Assembly (NCBI GenBank): GCA_039630345.1 | Contig: JBCNVD010000022.1 | Span: 1 to 21,918 of the forward strand | Length of the DNA: 21,918 bases | Reading direction: 5' to 3' | Origin: Aquificaceae bacterium | Lineage (GTDB): Bacteria; Aquificota; Aquificia; Aquificales; Aquificaceae | Shown here: positions 1 to 7,948 of the stretch, in pieces | Layout of the letters: each line of letters begins with the position of its first letter | How positions within the stretch are numbered: position 1 is the first letter of the stretch | The notes under the pieces: generated by a model | The model's input: the letters and a program-made list of their open reading frames with translations, nothing else | Told to the model about the DNA's origin: nothing | Database searches by the model: none | Program-made: the position numbers and the translations under genes

Positions 1-431
1 GAAAGACCATAGGCAGAGCACACTCTCTTTAGCTCTCCGCCTTCCTCTGGTGGAAGGTCAGGAACGATAAAGCCATCTATGCCTGCTTCGCTTGCCCTCC
101 TGCAAAATCTATCCATTCCCATCCTGAAAACAGGATTGTAGTAGGTCATAAGCAGGAAAGGTTTATCTGGGAACTCCTCCCTGAGCCTTTTTGAAAGCTC
201 AAAGACATGTTCTGACTTTGTGCGGTTGTTAAGGGCTATCTGGTGGGCTTCCTGTATGGTAGGACCGTCCGCTACCGGGTCTGAGAAGGGAAAGCCTATC
301 TCTAAAATGTCTGTGTGGTTTTTAAGTAAAACTCTGAAAGCCTCAAGGGAAGTCTGGTAGTCAGGATAGCCTACCATCATGTAAGAGAGAAGGGCTTTTT
401 TTCTTTCCTTCCAGAACTTCTCAAGCCTCAT
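1..431 (-). CDS. trpA: Tryptophan synthase alpha subunit (3' part runs off the window)
   Basis: Not in the ORF track. My translation from ATG at 431: MRLEKFWKERKKALLSYMMVGYPD...ILEIGFPFSDPVADGPTIQEAH...LLMTYYNPVF...DGFIVPDLPPEE. Carries the TrpA ELGxPFSDPxADGPxIQ signature with catalytic Glu and Asp. Start overlaps the stop of the OsmC gene. Confidence 0.97.
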   Translation of the reverse strand, partial: MRLEKFWKERKKALLSYMMVGYPDYQTSLEAFRVLLKNHTDILEIGFPFSDPVADGPTIQEAHQIALNNRTKSEHVFELSKRLREEFPDKPFLLMTYYNPVFRMGMDRFCRRASEAGIDGFIVPDLPPEEGGELKRVCSAYGL

Positions 432-825
432 TTATGACCTCAAAGGAAAACTCCAGCTCGCAGGAAGGCTTTAGCATGGCATACACACTACAGTATTTAT
501 CCACAGACAGCCTAATGGCTTCTTCTACCGCCTTTTCCTTTACACCTTTTCCGTAAACTTCATACTTCAGCCTAATCCTCTGGTATACTCTGGGATGCTC
601 CTCCCTTCTGTAGCCTTCCACTTTAATCTTTATATCCCTTACTTCCTGTCTTTTCTTCCTGAGTATGTGGGATACGTCCACGCCAGTGCATCCTGCTAAG
701 GCTACCAGTAAGAGCTCCATGGGTCTGTATCCGTGCTCGCCTACGGGGAGCTCTCCGTAGCTGGTCTGGGCTATGTATGTATGCTCGAGTTCAGAAAACC
801 TGAGTTCTACCTGCTTTTTTTCCAT
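421..825 (-). CDS. OsmC/Ohr-family protein (YhfA-like), 134 aa
   Basis: PMELLLVALAGCTGVDV and SVDKYCSV provide the two conserved Cys of the OsmC family. Start reassigned to ATG 825 (MEKKQ), just after the accB stop; the longer 963 start would lie inside accB. Confidence 0.9.
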   Translation of the reverse strand: MEKKQVELRFSELEHTYIAQTSYGELPVGEHGYRPMELLLVALAGCTGVDVSHILRKKRQEVRDIKIKVEGYRREEHPRVYQRIRLKYEVYGKGVKEKAVEEAIRLSVDKYCSVYAMLKPSCELEFSFEVINEA

Positions 826-827
826 AA

Positions 828-1268
828 CTATGGGTTGGTGTCTATCAAAAACAGAGGCTGTCCGTATTCCACAGTTTCTCCGTTCTCCACCAGTATTTTT
901 ACCACCTTTCCTGCCACGTCGCTTTCTATCTCGTTCATCACCTTCAGGGCTTCCACTATGCAAAGCACCTGACCGGGCGAGACCATGTCTCCCACTTCCA
1001 CAAAGGGTGGTGCGCCGGGCGAGGGTGAACGATAAAAAGTGCCTACAAGTGGGCTTTTTATCACATGGAAGTTGTCCTGAGAGGCTTCTTCGGTGGTATA
1101 CACAGGCTCCTGAGGGCGAACCTCTCTGTAGGGTGCTTCCACTCTCTGAACTATGTCCTTCTGATGGGTTTCTATGAAAAGCTTAAAGCCTTCCGTTTCT
1201 ATGGATAGCTGTTTGATGTCGCTACCTTTTACTATGTTTATTATTTCTTTCACAAACTCTCTGTCCAT
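828..1268 (-). CDS. accB: Acetyl-CoA carboxylase biotin carboxyl carrier protein
   Basis: IKSPLVGTFYRSPSPGAPPFVEVGD...IVEALKVMNEIES...VEYGQPLF biotinyl domain. TGATG overlap with the efp stop. Confidence 0.97.
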   Translation of the reverse strand: MDREFVKEIINIVKGSDIKQLSIETEGFKLFIETHQKDIVQRVEAPYREVRPQEPVYTTEEASQDNFHVIKSPLVGTFYRSPSPGAPPFVEVGDMVSPGQVLCIVEALKVMNEIESDVAGKVVKILVENGETVEYGQPLFLIDTNP

Positions 1269-1843
1269 CAGGCTCTTTTAACCACCTCTATGTATGCGCC
1301 TGTGCGCGTGTCTACCTTTACTACGTCGCCTTCTTTTACAAAGAAGGGCACCTGAACCACTGCGCCAGTTTCTAACTTTGCCGGTTTTGAACCACCTGCT
1401 GCCGTGTCTCCTTTAAAGGCTGGCTCAGTTTCTACCACCGCCAGCTCTACCTGTTTAGGGAGCTCTATGCCTATGGGCTGACCTTTATAAAGGAATACCA
1501 CCACGGTCATGCCTTCCTTTAAAAACTTGACCTCTTCCTTTATGTTCTCCGCAGACACAGGAACCATCTCGTAGGTGGTCTGACTGACAAAGTAGTAGTA
1601 GTCTCCGTCGTTGTAGGAATACTCCGCAAAGACCTGTTCAAAGTCCGCAAGCTCGATGGCATCGGAGGACTTGTAGGTTATCTCAATTACGTTGCCTGTC
1701 TGCATGTTCTTTGCCTTTACCCTTACAAAAGCCTGACCTTTGCCGGGTTTGACATGGTCGTAATCAAGGACCCTATGGGGGACATTGTTATGCTCTATAA
1801 AAACGTCTCGCTGTATGGAGTTGATGTCTATTTTGATACCCAT
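1268..1843 (-). CDS. efp: Translation elongation factor P
   Basis: HVKPGKGQAFVR loop with the conserved Lys, KGDTA, and KPAKLETGAVVQVPFFV...DTRTG. Confidence 0.98.
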   Translation of the reverse strand: MGIKIDINSIQRDVFIEHNNVPHRVLDYDHVKPGKGQAFVRVKAKNMQTGNVIEITYKSSDAIELADFEQVFAEYSYNDGDYYYFVSQTTYEMVPVSAENIKEEVKFLKEGMTVVVFLYKGQPIGIELPKQVELAVVETEPAFKGDTAAGGSKPAKLETGAVVQVPFFVKEGDVVKVDTRTGAYIEVVKRA

Positions 1844-1844
1844 T

Positions 1845-2738
1845 TTAATATATTAAACCATCGTGGGCTTTGCAAAAGAGCTCTGAGATAGAGATGGCTT
1901 TGGTTTCAAGAGCTGAGATTATCTCAAATGCAAGCTCGGGGCTGCAAAAGCTTTGAGAGCCTATCTGGACTGCGTTTGCGCCTGCCATTATAAGTTCCAG
2001 GGCGGACTCAAGAGAGTAAACGCCCCCTGAGGCTATTATGGGAAAGGCTTTAAATTCTCTTCTTGCTTCAAAGACTGCTCTTACAGTTAGGGGTAAAATC
2101 GCAGGCCCTGAGAGTCCTCCAAGGATGTCAACTTTGCCTAAAGAGATGTCTATTTTCATAGCGGGCAGGGTATTTGACAAAACTATGGCGTTTGCGCCTT
2201 CTTTAATAGCAATTTCCAAAGTCTTTAAGTCAGTATTTGGGGGAAATTTTACAAAAACTGGCTTTGAGACTGAGAGCTTTAGACTCCTTATAAGCTCTTT
2301 TAAAGAGCTTTCGCTTTTGCAAAACAAAATTCCGCCCTCTTTGACATTGGGGCAAGAGACATTTAGCTCGTAAGCAACCACCGCCTTTAGAGGTTCAAGT
2401 TTCTGGCATAACTTTACGCAGTCTTTGATTTCTGTGCAAAAAATGTTTACTATTATCGTGGTTTTTAAGCTCTCAAGATGTGGGTAGATTTCTCTTATAA
2501 AAACTTCCGCGCCGGGGTTTTGAAGCCCTATTGAATTAATCATCCCGCATGGGGTTTTGGCTATTCTTGGGGGCTTGTTGCCCTCAATTGGCTTTAGCGA
2601 CAGCCCCTTGGTTACAAAAGCCCCAATTTTACCAAGGTCTAAGAATTTTGAAGCTTCAAGCCCAAAGCCAAGGCTTCCTGCACCCAGCCATATAGGGTTT
2701 TTAAACTCTATGCCGGAGATGTTAATTTGAAGGCTCAC
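1845..2738 (-). CDS. pyrD: Dihydroorotate dehydrogenase, family 1 catalytic subunit
   Basis: FKNPI, FVTKG, NSIGLQNPG, ELNVSCPNV (catalytic Cys), GGLSGPAI, GANAVQIG. GTG start overlaps the mrcA end. Confidence 0.93.
   Translation of the reverse strand: MSLQINISGIEFKNPIWLGAGSLGFGLEASKFLDLGKIGAFVTKGLSLKPIEGNKPPRIAKTPCGMINSIGLQNPGAEVFIREIYPHLESLKTTIIVNIFCTEIKDCVKLCQKLEPLKAVVAYELNVSCPNVKEGGILFCKSESSLKELIRSLKLSVSKPVFVKFPPNTDLKTLEIAIKEGANAIVLSNTLPAMKIDISLGKVDILGGLSGPAILPLTVRAVFEARREFKAFPIIASGGVYSLESALELIMAGANAVQIGSQSFCSPELAFEIISALETKAISISELFCKAHDGLIY
1850..1855 (-). promoter_or_regulatory. Putative -10 box (TAATAT) for a leaderless efp transcript
   Basis: Minus strand reads ...GGTT TAATAT ATTAAA ATG: a TAnnnT hexamer 6 nt before the ATG, with no SD. 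Confidence 0.5.
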
Positions 2739-4896
2739 TTTTGTAAAATTTAGGGTCGACTATTCCTTCAAGCTCTCCGAGGTCTTTTTGTTCTTCCTCA
2801 GAGCTTTCGCTGCTGCACCTGATTTCAGTGCCTTCTACAAATAGCATCTTTTTAGGACAGGAGACTTCTACAACGCCCGGAACCGCAGGAAAGTCCTCTT
2901 TTGGATACAAAAATGCGGCAACAGACATAAAGTCCATCCACACAGGCAGTGCAACCCTTGAACCTGCCATGCCCTTGCCCATAGAGCGCTTTAGGTCAAA
3001 TCCAATCCAGACCCCCGTGACTATCTGTGGACTAAAACCCACAAACCAGGCGTCTGTGAAGTCATTTGTCGTGCCTGTTTTACCTGCAAGAAATCTATCA
3101 ATGGAGCTTGCGCTATAGGCAGTCCCTTCTGTTACAACTGCCCTTAGCATATCTACCAAGACCCTTGTTTCCCGCTCTGGCAAGACCCTTTTGCAATCAG
3201 GTTTGTGAGAATAAAAGATAGAGCCATCGGGGGCAATAATTTTGCTAATGGGGTATGGCCTGCATCTAATACCCAGATTTGCAAAGGTTTGGTAAGCCGA
3301 GGTTAGCTCAAGGGGGGTTACTTCTATGCTCCCAAGAGCCGCAGAGTAGTAAGGCTTTAGGGGAAGATCCAGAACCCTTGCGACATCTATTGCAACCTCA
3401 AAACCTATTTCTGAAAGCAGGTTAACACTTGCGGTATTGACGCTTTTGGCAAGAGCCGTGCGAAGACTCATGGAGGAATACTCGGCCCCGTCATAGTTGC
3501 TCGGCGTCCACTCTTTTTTAGTGGAAGGGTCGTAAAAAGACCTGCTTGAGGCATCTATTATACTTGCCTGGGTATATCCTTTTAAAAGAGCTGCCATATA
3601 GATAACTGGCTTTATTGCAGAGCCCGGCTGACGCTTTGCGTCCACTGCTCTATTAAAAGCGCTCCTTTCGTAAGAATATCCGCCCACCATTGCAAGGATT
3701 GCGCCCGTTTTTACATCAAGACTGACAATAGCCCCCTGAAGGTCAGGCACTATCTCAAGTCTCTTACCCTTTGGCAAAACCATCACGAAATCGCCCCTCT
3801 CTAGATATAACCCCGGGTTTTTGATTTCAAAGCTTAAATCTTTTAGCTCTAAATTTATGTAGTTTCCGTTTACTTTGCTAACCTTTGCGATGTAAATTCG
3901 CCTTTTTGACAGGTCTATTTTTTGCTCTTCATAAAGAGACGCTACTTTATCTCGCTCTTCTGGCAAAATTGATATTTTATTTTGCTTTGCAACCGACTGA
4001 ATGCCGTTTTTTAAAGCTCTGATTGCAACCTCTTGAAGCTCTAAATCAATGGTGGTATAGATTTTATAACCGCCTGCAAGCACCTGCTCGCCAAAGTTAT
4101 CAAGAATATAATCTTTTAAATAGTCAAGAAAATAGTCCGCGCTTGTATTTCGCTTTTGACGGTTTAAAACTATAGGCTTTTTAATTGCTTCCTCCAGCTC
4201 CTGAGCCGTTAAAAACCCATCTTCGTGCATTCTCCTGAGGACATAATCTCTCCTTGCCTTTATGAGTTCTGGGTTTCTATAAGGGTTATATCTGGTTGGG
4301 GCTTTTGGAAGCCCGGCAAGAATTGCAGCCTCGTCAATAGTGAGGTCTTTTACGCTCTTTCCAAAGTAAACCCTTGAAGCCGCCTCTATCCCATAAGCTC
4401 CCTGCCCAAGGTAGATGTAATTTAGATACATCTCAAGGATTTTCTCTTTGCTAAAGTGTCTCTCTATTTTTATAGCCAGTATTGCCTCTCTTAGTTTTCT
4501 CTTCCAGCTTCTATCGGGCGTTAAAAATAGATTCCTTGCAAGTTGCTGGGTTATGGTGGAAGCTCCCTGAACCACCCTTCCCTCTCGCAAATTCACAAAA
4601 CTTGCACGAGCTACCGCAAGAAAATCTATCCCAAAGTGCCTATAGAAGTTTTTATCCTCGGCGGATATAAAAGCCTGCTTTACATGCTTTGGGACTTTCT
4701 CTATGGGCAAGAAGTATCTTCTCTGGATTGCCACATCTCCAATTGGTCTGCCCTTTGCATCAAACACAGCGCTCGCCACAGGCGGTTGCCAGTTTTTCAG
4801 CTCCCTTACATCAGGCAAACTTCTGGATAGATAAAAAACACCCCCCGCCAGGATAAGAGCAATTAATCCAAAGACCCTTAGCAAAATCCTTATCAC
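2722..4896 (-). CDS. mrcA: Class A penicillin-binding protein 1A (transglycosylase/transpeptidase)
   Basis: N-terminal hydrophobic anchor; GT51 motifs AEDKNFYRHFG, GASTITQQL, RKLRE; transpeptidase motifs SAIK (SxxK), SVN (SxN) and KTGTT. Confidence 0.93.
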   Translation of the reverse strand: MIRILLRVFGLIALILAGGVFYLSRSLPDVRELKNWQPPVASAVFDAKGRPIGDVAIQRRYFLPIEKVPKHVKQAFISAEDKNFYRHFGIDFLAVARASFVNLREGRVVQGASTITQQLARNLFLTPDRSWKRKLREAILAIKIERHFSKEKILEMYLNYIYLGQGAYGIEAASRVYFGKSVKDLTIDEAAILAGLPKAPTRYNPYRNPELIKARRDYVLRRMHEDGFLTAQELEEAIKKPIVLNRQKRNTSADYFLDYLKDYILDNFGEQVLAGGYKIYTTIDLELQEVAIRALKNGIQSVAKQNKISILPEERDKVASLYEEQKIDLSKRRIYIAKVSKVNGNYINLELKDLSFEIKNPGLYLERGDFVMVLPKGKRLEIVPDLQGAIVSLDVKTGAILAMVGGYSYERSAFNRAVDAKRQPGSAIKPVIYMAALLKGYTQASIIDASSRSFYDPSTKKEWTPSNYDGAEYSSMSLRTALAKSVNTASVNLLSEIGFEVAIDVARVLDLPLKPYYSAALGSIEVTPLELTSAYQTFANLGIRCRPYPISKIIAPDGSIFYSHKPDCKRVLPERETRVLVDMLRAVVTEGTAYSASSIDRFLAGKTGTTNDFTDAWFVGFSPQIVTGVWIGFDLKRSMGKGMAGSRVALPVWMDFMSVAAFLYPKEDFPAVPGVVEVSCPKKMLFVEGTEIRCSSESSEEEQKDLGELEGIVDPKFYKSEPSN

Positions 4897-4902
4897 TTTA
4901 TC

Positions 4903-4908
4903 AAATTA
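4903..4908 (-). promoter_or_regulatory. Putative -10 box (TAATTT) for a leaderless mrcA transcript
   Basis: Minus strand reads TAATTT GATAAA GTG: 6-nt spacer, no SD, just downstream of the hairpin. Confidence 0.45.
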
Positions 4909-4941
4909 AAATATAAGCGATGGGGGGCTTTGCCCCCCATC
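4905..4941 (-). terminator. Probable intrinsic terminator after purK-phoR
   Basis: Perfect 10-bp inverted repeat GATGGGGGGC-AAA-GCCCCCCATC (4919-4941) overlapping the kinase stop, followed on the minus strand by GCTTATATTTTAATTT. The U-tract is imperfect. Confidence 0.7.
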
Positions 4942-5929
4942 AACCCCCCAGTGGCAAGCATACTCTAAAGACGCTACCTTTCCCTTCCTGACTTGTTAAT
5001 TCCACCCTGCCACCATGAGAGAGGGCTATATGCTTAACTATCGATAGTCCAAGACCTGTTCCCCCAAGAGCTCTCGAACGAGAGCTATCGACTCTATAAA
5101 ACCTCTCAAAAACAAAGGGTATATGTTCTTTCGGGATTCCTATGCCTGTATCTTCCACGCATATTATGCTATAGCGAGACTCTTCATAAGCAGAAACTAT
5201 GACTTTTCCATTGGCTTTGTTATATTTAACGCCGTTATCTACTAAATTTTTAAGAAGTAAAAAGAGCTTTTCAGGGTCTGCAAAGACGCTAAAGCCTTCC
5301 GGAACCCTGTTTTCCATGCTGACTTTCATACTCTCTGCCTGTGATTCAAATAGCTCAAAAACCTCGTCCACTAAAGACTTAAGCCCAACCCTCTCTGGTT
5401 TTAATCTCTCCTCACCGGATTCTAACTTCGTAAGTATCAAAAGGTCTCTCACCAGCCTGTTTAACTCATCTACTCTTCTGAGAGCTTTTTCTAAAAAGTT
5501 TCTCTTCTGGGGGTTTATCTCCTCTTCATAAAGGGTTTCGAGTATGCTTTGCAAAACCGCAAGTGGGGTTTTAAGCTCGTGGGATACATTGGCAACAAAG
5601 TGTCTCTTTGAACGCTCATAACGCTTAAGCTCAGTTACATCTGTTATTCTTACTATGCATAAATCATTGCCCGGAAAGACAGAAAGGGCATATTCTCTCT
5701 CTTCGTGAGAAAATTGACAGTAGCTCTCGCGACTTTCAGAAAGCGCCTCTGCGATGCAGCTTATGGCGGTTAAGTTTTTAAGACACTGATAATAAACCGC
5801 CTCCTCCCCGCTTTGGGATATAAGTCCGCGCTTTAGGAGAAAGTCATTTACTAATAAAACCCGCCCTTCTAAATCAAGGAGCAAATAACCTTCCCCAACC
5901 CTGCTAAGAAAGTCCTTAAGAAGACTCAT
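4940..5929 (-). CDS. Soluble PhoR-like sensor histidine kinase (PAS-like, HisKA, HATPase_c)
   Basis: H-box FVANVSHELKTPL, N-box NLVDNGVKYN, G1 DTGIGIP, F-box FERFYRVD..RSR, G2 GTGLGLSIVKH. No obvious transmembrane helix. Confidence 0.9.
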   Translation of the reverse strand: MSLLKDFLSRVGEGYLLLDLEGRVLLVNDFLLKRGLISQSGEEAVYYQCLKNLTAISCIAEALSESRESYCQFSHEEREYALSVFPGNDLCIVRITDVTELKRYERSKRHFVANVSHELKTPLAVLQSILETLYEEEINPQKRNFLEKALRRVDELNRLVRDLLILTKLESGEERLKPERVGLKSLVDEVFELFESQAESMKVSMENRVPEGFSVFADPEKLFLLLKNLVDNGVKYNKANGKVIVSAYEESRYSIICVEDTGIGIPKEHIPFVFERFYRVDSSRSRALGGTGLGLSIVKHIALSHGGRVELTSQEGKGSVFRVCLPLGG

Positions 5930-6965
5930 AAATAGCCCCTAAGGTTAAATTAATATAATCTTTTAACCTCTCATAATCTTTTGCAACCAAATTTACATGC
6001 CCTAATTTTCTCAAAGGTCTTGGCTCTTTTCCATACCAGTAAAGTTTTGCCCAATCTAGTTTGAGTATTTTTCTAAAGTCCGGAACGACCCCGATTATAT
6101 TCACCATCCCTGATGGGAGTTTTAGCTCGGATAGGCCAAGTGGCAAATCAAAAATAGCCCTCAGGAGATTTTCAAATTGAGAGCAAAAGCATCCATCCAG
6201 TGTAAAGTGTGCGCTGTTGTGTGGTCTTGGCGCAAGCTCGTTGATGATGGGGGTTTTTTTGGAGAAAAATTCAACCGATAAAAGCCCCACTACATTTAGC
6301 TCTTCGAGCAAAGAAAGCACTATCTCTTTAGCTTCTTTGAAATCTTCCTCTATCGAGTGGTTATATAGAAGTATCCCGTCTTTGTGGTAATTAATCGTTG
6401 CTGGATAGGTCTTTTTAAGGCCACTCTGACTTCTAACTCCAAGAATAGAAAACTCAAACTCAAAATCTATTAAGCTCTCTACAATCAAAGGAACATCAGG
6501 AATTGATTCTATTTTAAGATCTTGAATAGTTTTAACCTTCCATTGACCTCTTCCGTCGTATCCATAGCTGTCGGTTTTGATAATGGCAGGTAAATTACCC
6601 TCTAAAGCCTTTAAAAGCTCGTGTTTTTTACACTTTTTAAAGCTCGCTACAGGATATCCTCTTGAACTTAAAAACTCCTTTTCCATCACCCTGCTTTTTT
6701 TGAGCTTAAGGACACTAACATCTGGAAAAAGTTTGTCTTCAAGATAGTCAAGAATGTCCTCCTCAAGGTATTCAAACTCTACCGTTATCCTGTCGCAGGT
6801 TTTTTTAAATATTTCCAGTTCTGACTTTTTAAAGCATCTATCCGCAACCCTGCATGCAGGCGCTTTTGTGTCCTCTTCAAGAACAAAAACAGACATTCCC
6901 ATCCTTTTTGCCTCAAGGGCAAGCATCCAGCCAAGCTGTCCTCCGCCTAAAACTCCCAGTCTCAC
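5916..6965 (-). CDS. purK: N5-carboxyaminoimidazole ribonucleotide synthase
   Basis: GVLGGGQLGWML, TVEFE, GYDGRGQ, NELAPRPHNS, SQFENLLRA, WYGK..R..RKLGHVN. GTG start. Confidence 0.96.
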   Translation of the reverse strand: MRLGVLGGGQLGWMLALEAKRMGMSVFVLEEDTKAPACRVADRCFKKSELEIFKKTCDRITVEFEYLEEDILDYLEDKLFPDVSVLKLKKSRVMEKEFLSSRGYPVASFKKCKKHELLKALEGNLPAIIKTDSYGYDGRGQWKVKTIQDLKIESIPDVPLIVESLIDFEFEFSILGVRSQSGLKKTYPATINYHKDGILLYNHSIEEDFKEAKEIVLSLLEELNVVGLLSVEFFSKKTPIINELAPRPHNSAHFTLDGCFCSQFENLLRAIFDLPLGLSELKLPSGMVNIIGVVPDFRKILKLDWAKLYWYGKEPRPLRKLGHVNLVAKDYERLKDYINLTLGAIYESS

Positions 6966-6985
6966 AAAGGAATAGAATAAAACCT
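6966..6985. promoter_or_regulatory. 20-bp divergent intergenic region with overlapping -10 elements (putative bidirectional promoter)
   Basis: Plus-strand TAGAAT (6973-6978) lies 7 nt before the pdxA GTG. Minus-strand TATTCT (6979-6974) lies 8 nt before the purK GTG. Confidence 0.55.
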
Positions 6986-7948
6986 GTGAAAGTTGGAATT
7001 ACCATGGGAGACCCATCTGGCATAGGTCCACAGCTTTGCGCGCTTTTAACAAAACATGTTAGATCTGACTTTAGCTACTTTATCTTTGGCTCTTTTGAGG
7101 TCTTTAAAAAGGCTCTTGAGTTTTCTGAAATTAATTTAGAGCCTTTGCTAACTAAGTCCGCAGGCGAATATCCTCCCGGGGTTTACTTTATAGATCTAGG
7201 TCTTGAAGCCTCTTATGAGAGCTCTCAAAAGAGCGCAAAGCTGGCAATTGCAAGTCTGGCAAGAGCAACCGCAGAAGCAATAAAGGGCAATCTCGATGGC
7301 ATTTTAACCATGCCCATAAATAAAAAAACCGCAAAACTTGCAGGCTTTAACTTCAGCGGACAGACAGAGTATCTTGCAAATGCCTGCAACTCCAAAGAAT
7401 ATGCAATGATGCTCTTTTCAGAGCGATTTAGCGTCTGTTTGCTAACCACTCATATTCCCTTAAGAGAAGTTCCCGGGATTTTAACCGTTGATCTTGTGGT
7501 AAAGAAGGTCTCTTTTGTTTTAAAAACCTTTAAAGAGCTCTTTGGGTTTTTGCCAAAGAGCGCAATCCTTGGCTTAAATCCCCACTCTGGCGAAGATTTT
7601 GATCTTGAGGAAAAACAAATCATCATCCCAGCAATAGATCAGCTTAAATCTCTTGGATTTAATATTGACGGTCCTCTATCGCCGGATAGCGCCTTTTTAA
7701 AGCCTTATCAACTATACTTTTGCGCCTATCACGACCAGTGTCTTATTCCTTTTAAGTTGCTTAACTTCGATTCAGGGGTTAACCTGACTTTAGGGCTTAG
7801 CTTTATAAGAACCTCTCCTGACCACGGGGTTGCAGCGGATATAGCATGGAAAGCAACACCAAGGATTGAATCCTCATTAAGTGCTTTAAGGCTTTGCGAA
7901 AATCTATGCATTAAAAGAGCGGAACTTCGTAAAGAGGGTTTGCAATAG
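6986..7948 (+). CDS. pdxA: 4-hydroxythreonine-4-phosphate dehydrogenase
   Basis: Start reassigned to GTG 6986 (MKVGITMGDPSGIGP), in frame with the track ORF. Metal-binding His motifs TTHIP, GLNPH and YHDQ are present, plus VNLTLGL..IRTSPDHG. Confidence 0.93.
   Translation: MKVGITMGDPSGIGPQLCALLTKHVRSDFSYFIFGSFEVFKKALEFSEINLEPLLTKSAGEYPPGVYFIDLGLEASYESSQKSAKLAIASLARATAEAIKGNLDGILTMPINKKTAKLAGFNFSGQTEYLANACNSKEYAMMLFSERFSVCLLTTHIPLREVPGILTVDLVVKKVSFVLKTFKELFGFLPKSAILGLNPHSGEDFDLEEKQIIIPAIDQLKSLGFNIDGPLSPDSAFLKPYQLYFCAYHDQCLIPFKLLNFDSGVNLTLGLSFIRTSPDHGVAADIAWKATPRIESSLSALRLCENLCIKRAELRKEGLQ

Noticed and set aside
826..963. 46-aa N-terminal extension of the OsmC ORF in the track
   Set aside because: Lies out of frame inside accB; the OsmC fold starts at ATG 825.
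733..1177. Plus-strand ORFs 733-972 and 773-1177
   Set aside because: Antisense to the well-supported accB and osmC genes, with no protein-like features.
1..3360. Absence of GATC at the start of the window as a marker of foreign DNA
   Set aside because: The gap extends well past the 1844 break into mrcA, so it does not discriminate between the blocks.
6854..6985. N-terminal extension of pdxA in the track
   Set aside because: Overlaps purK on the opposite strand; the PdxA motif ITMGDP begins right after GTG 6986.
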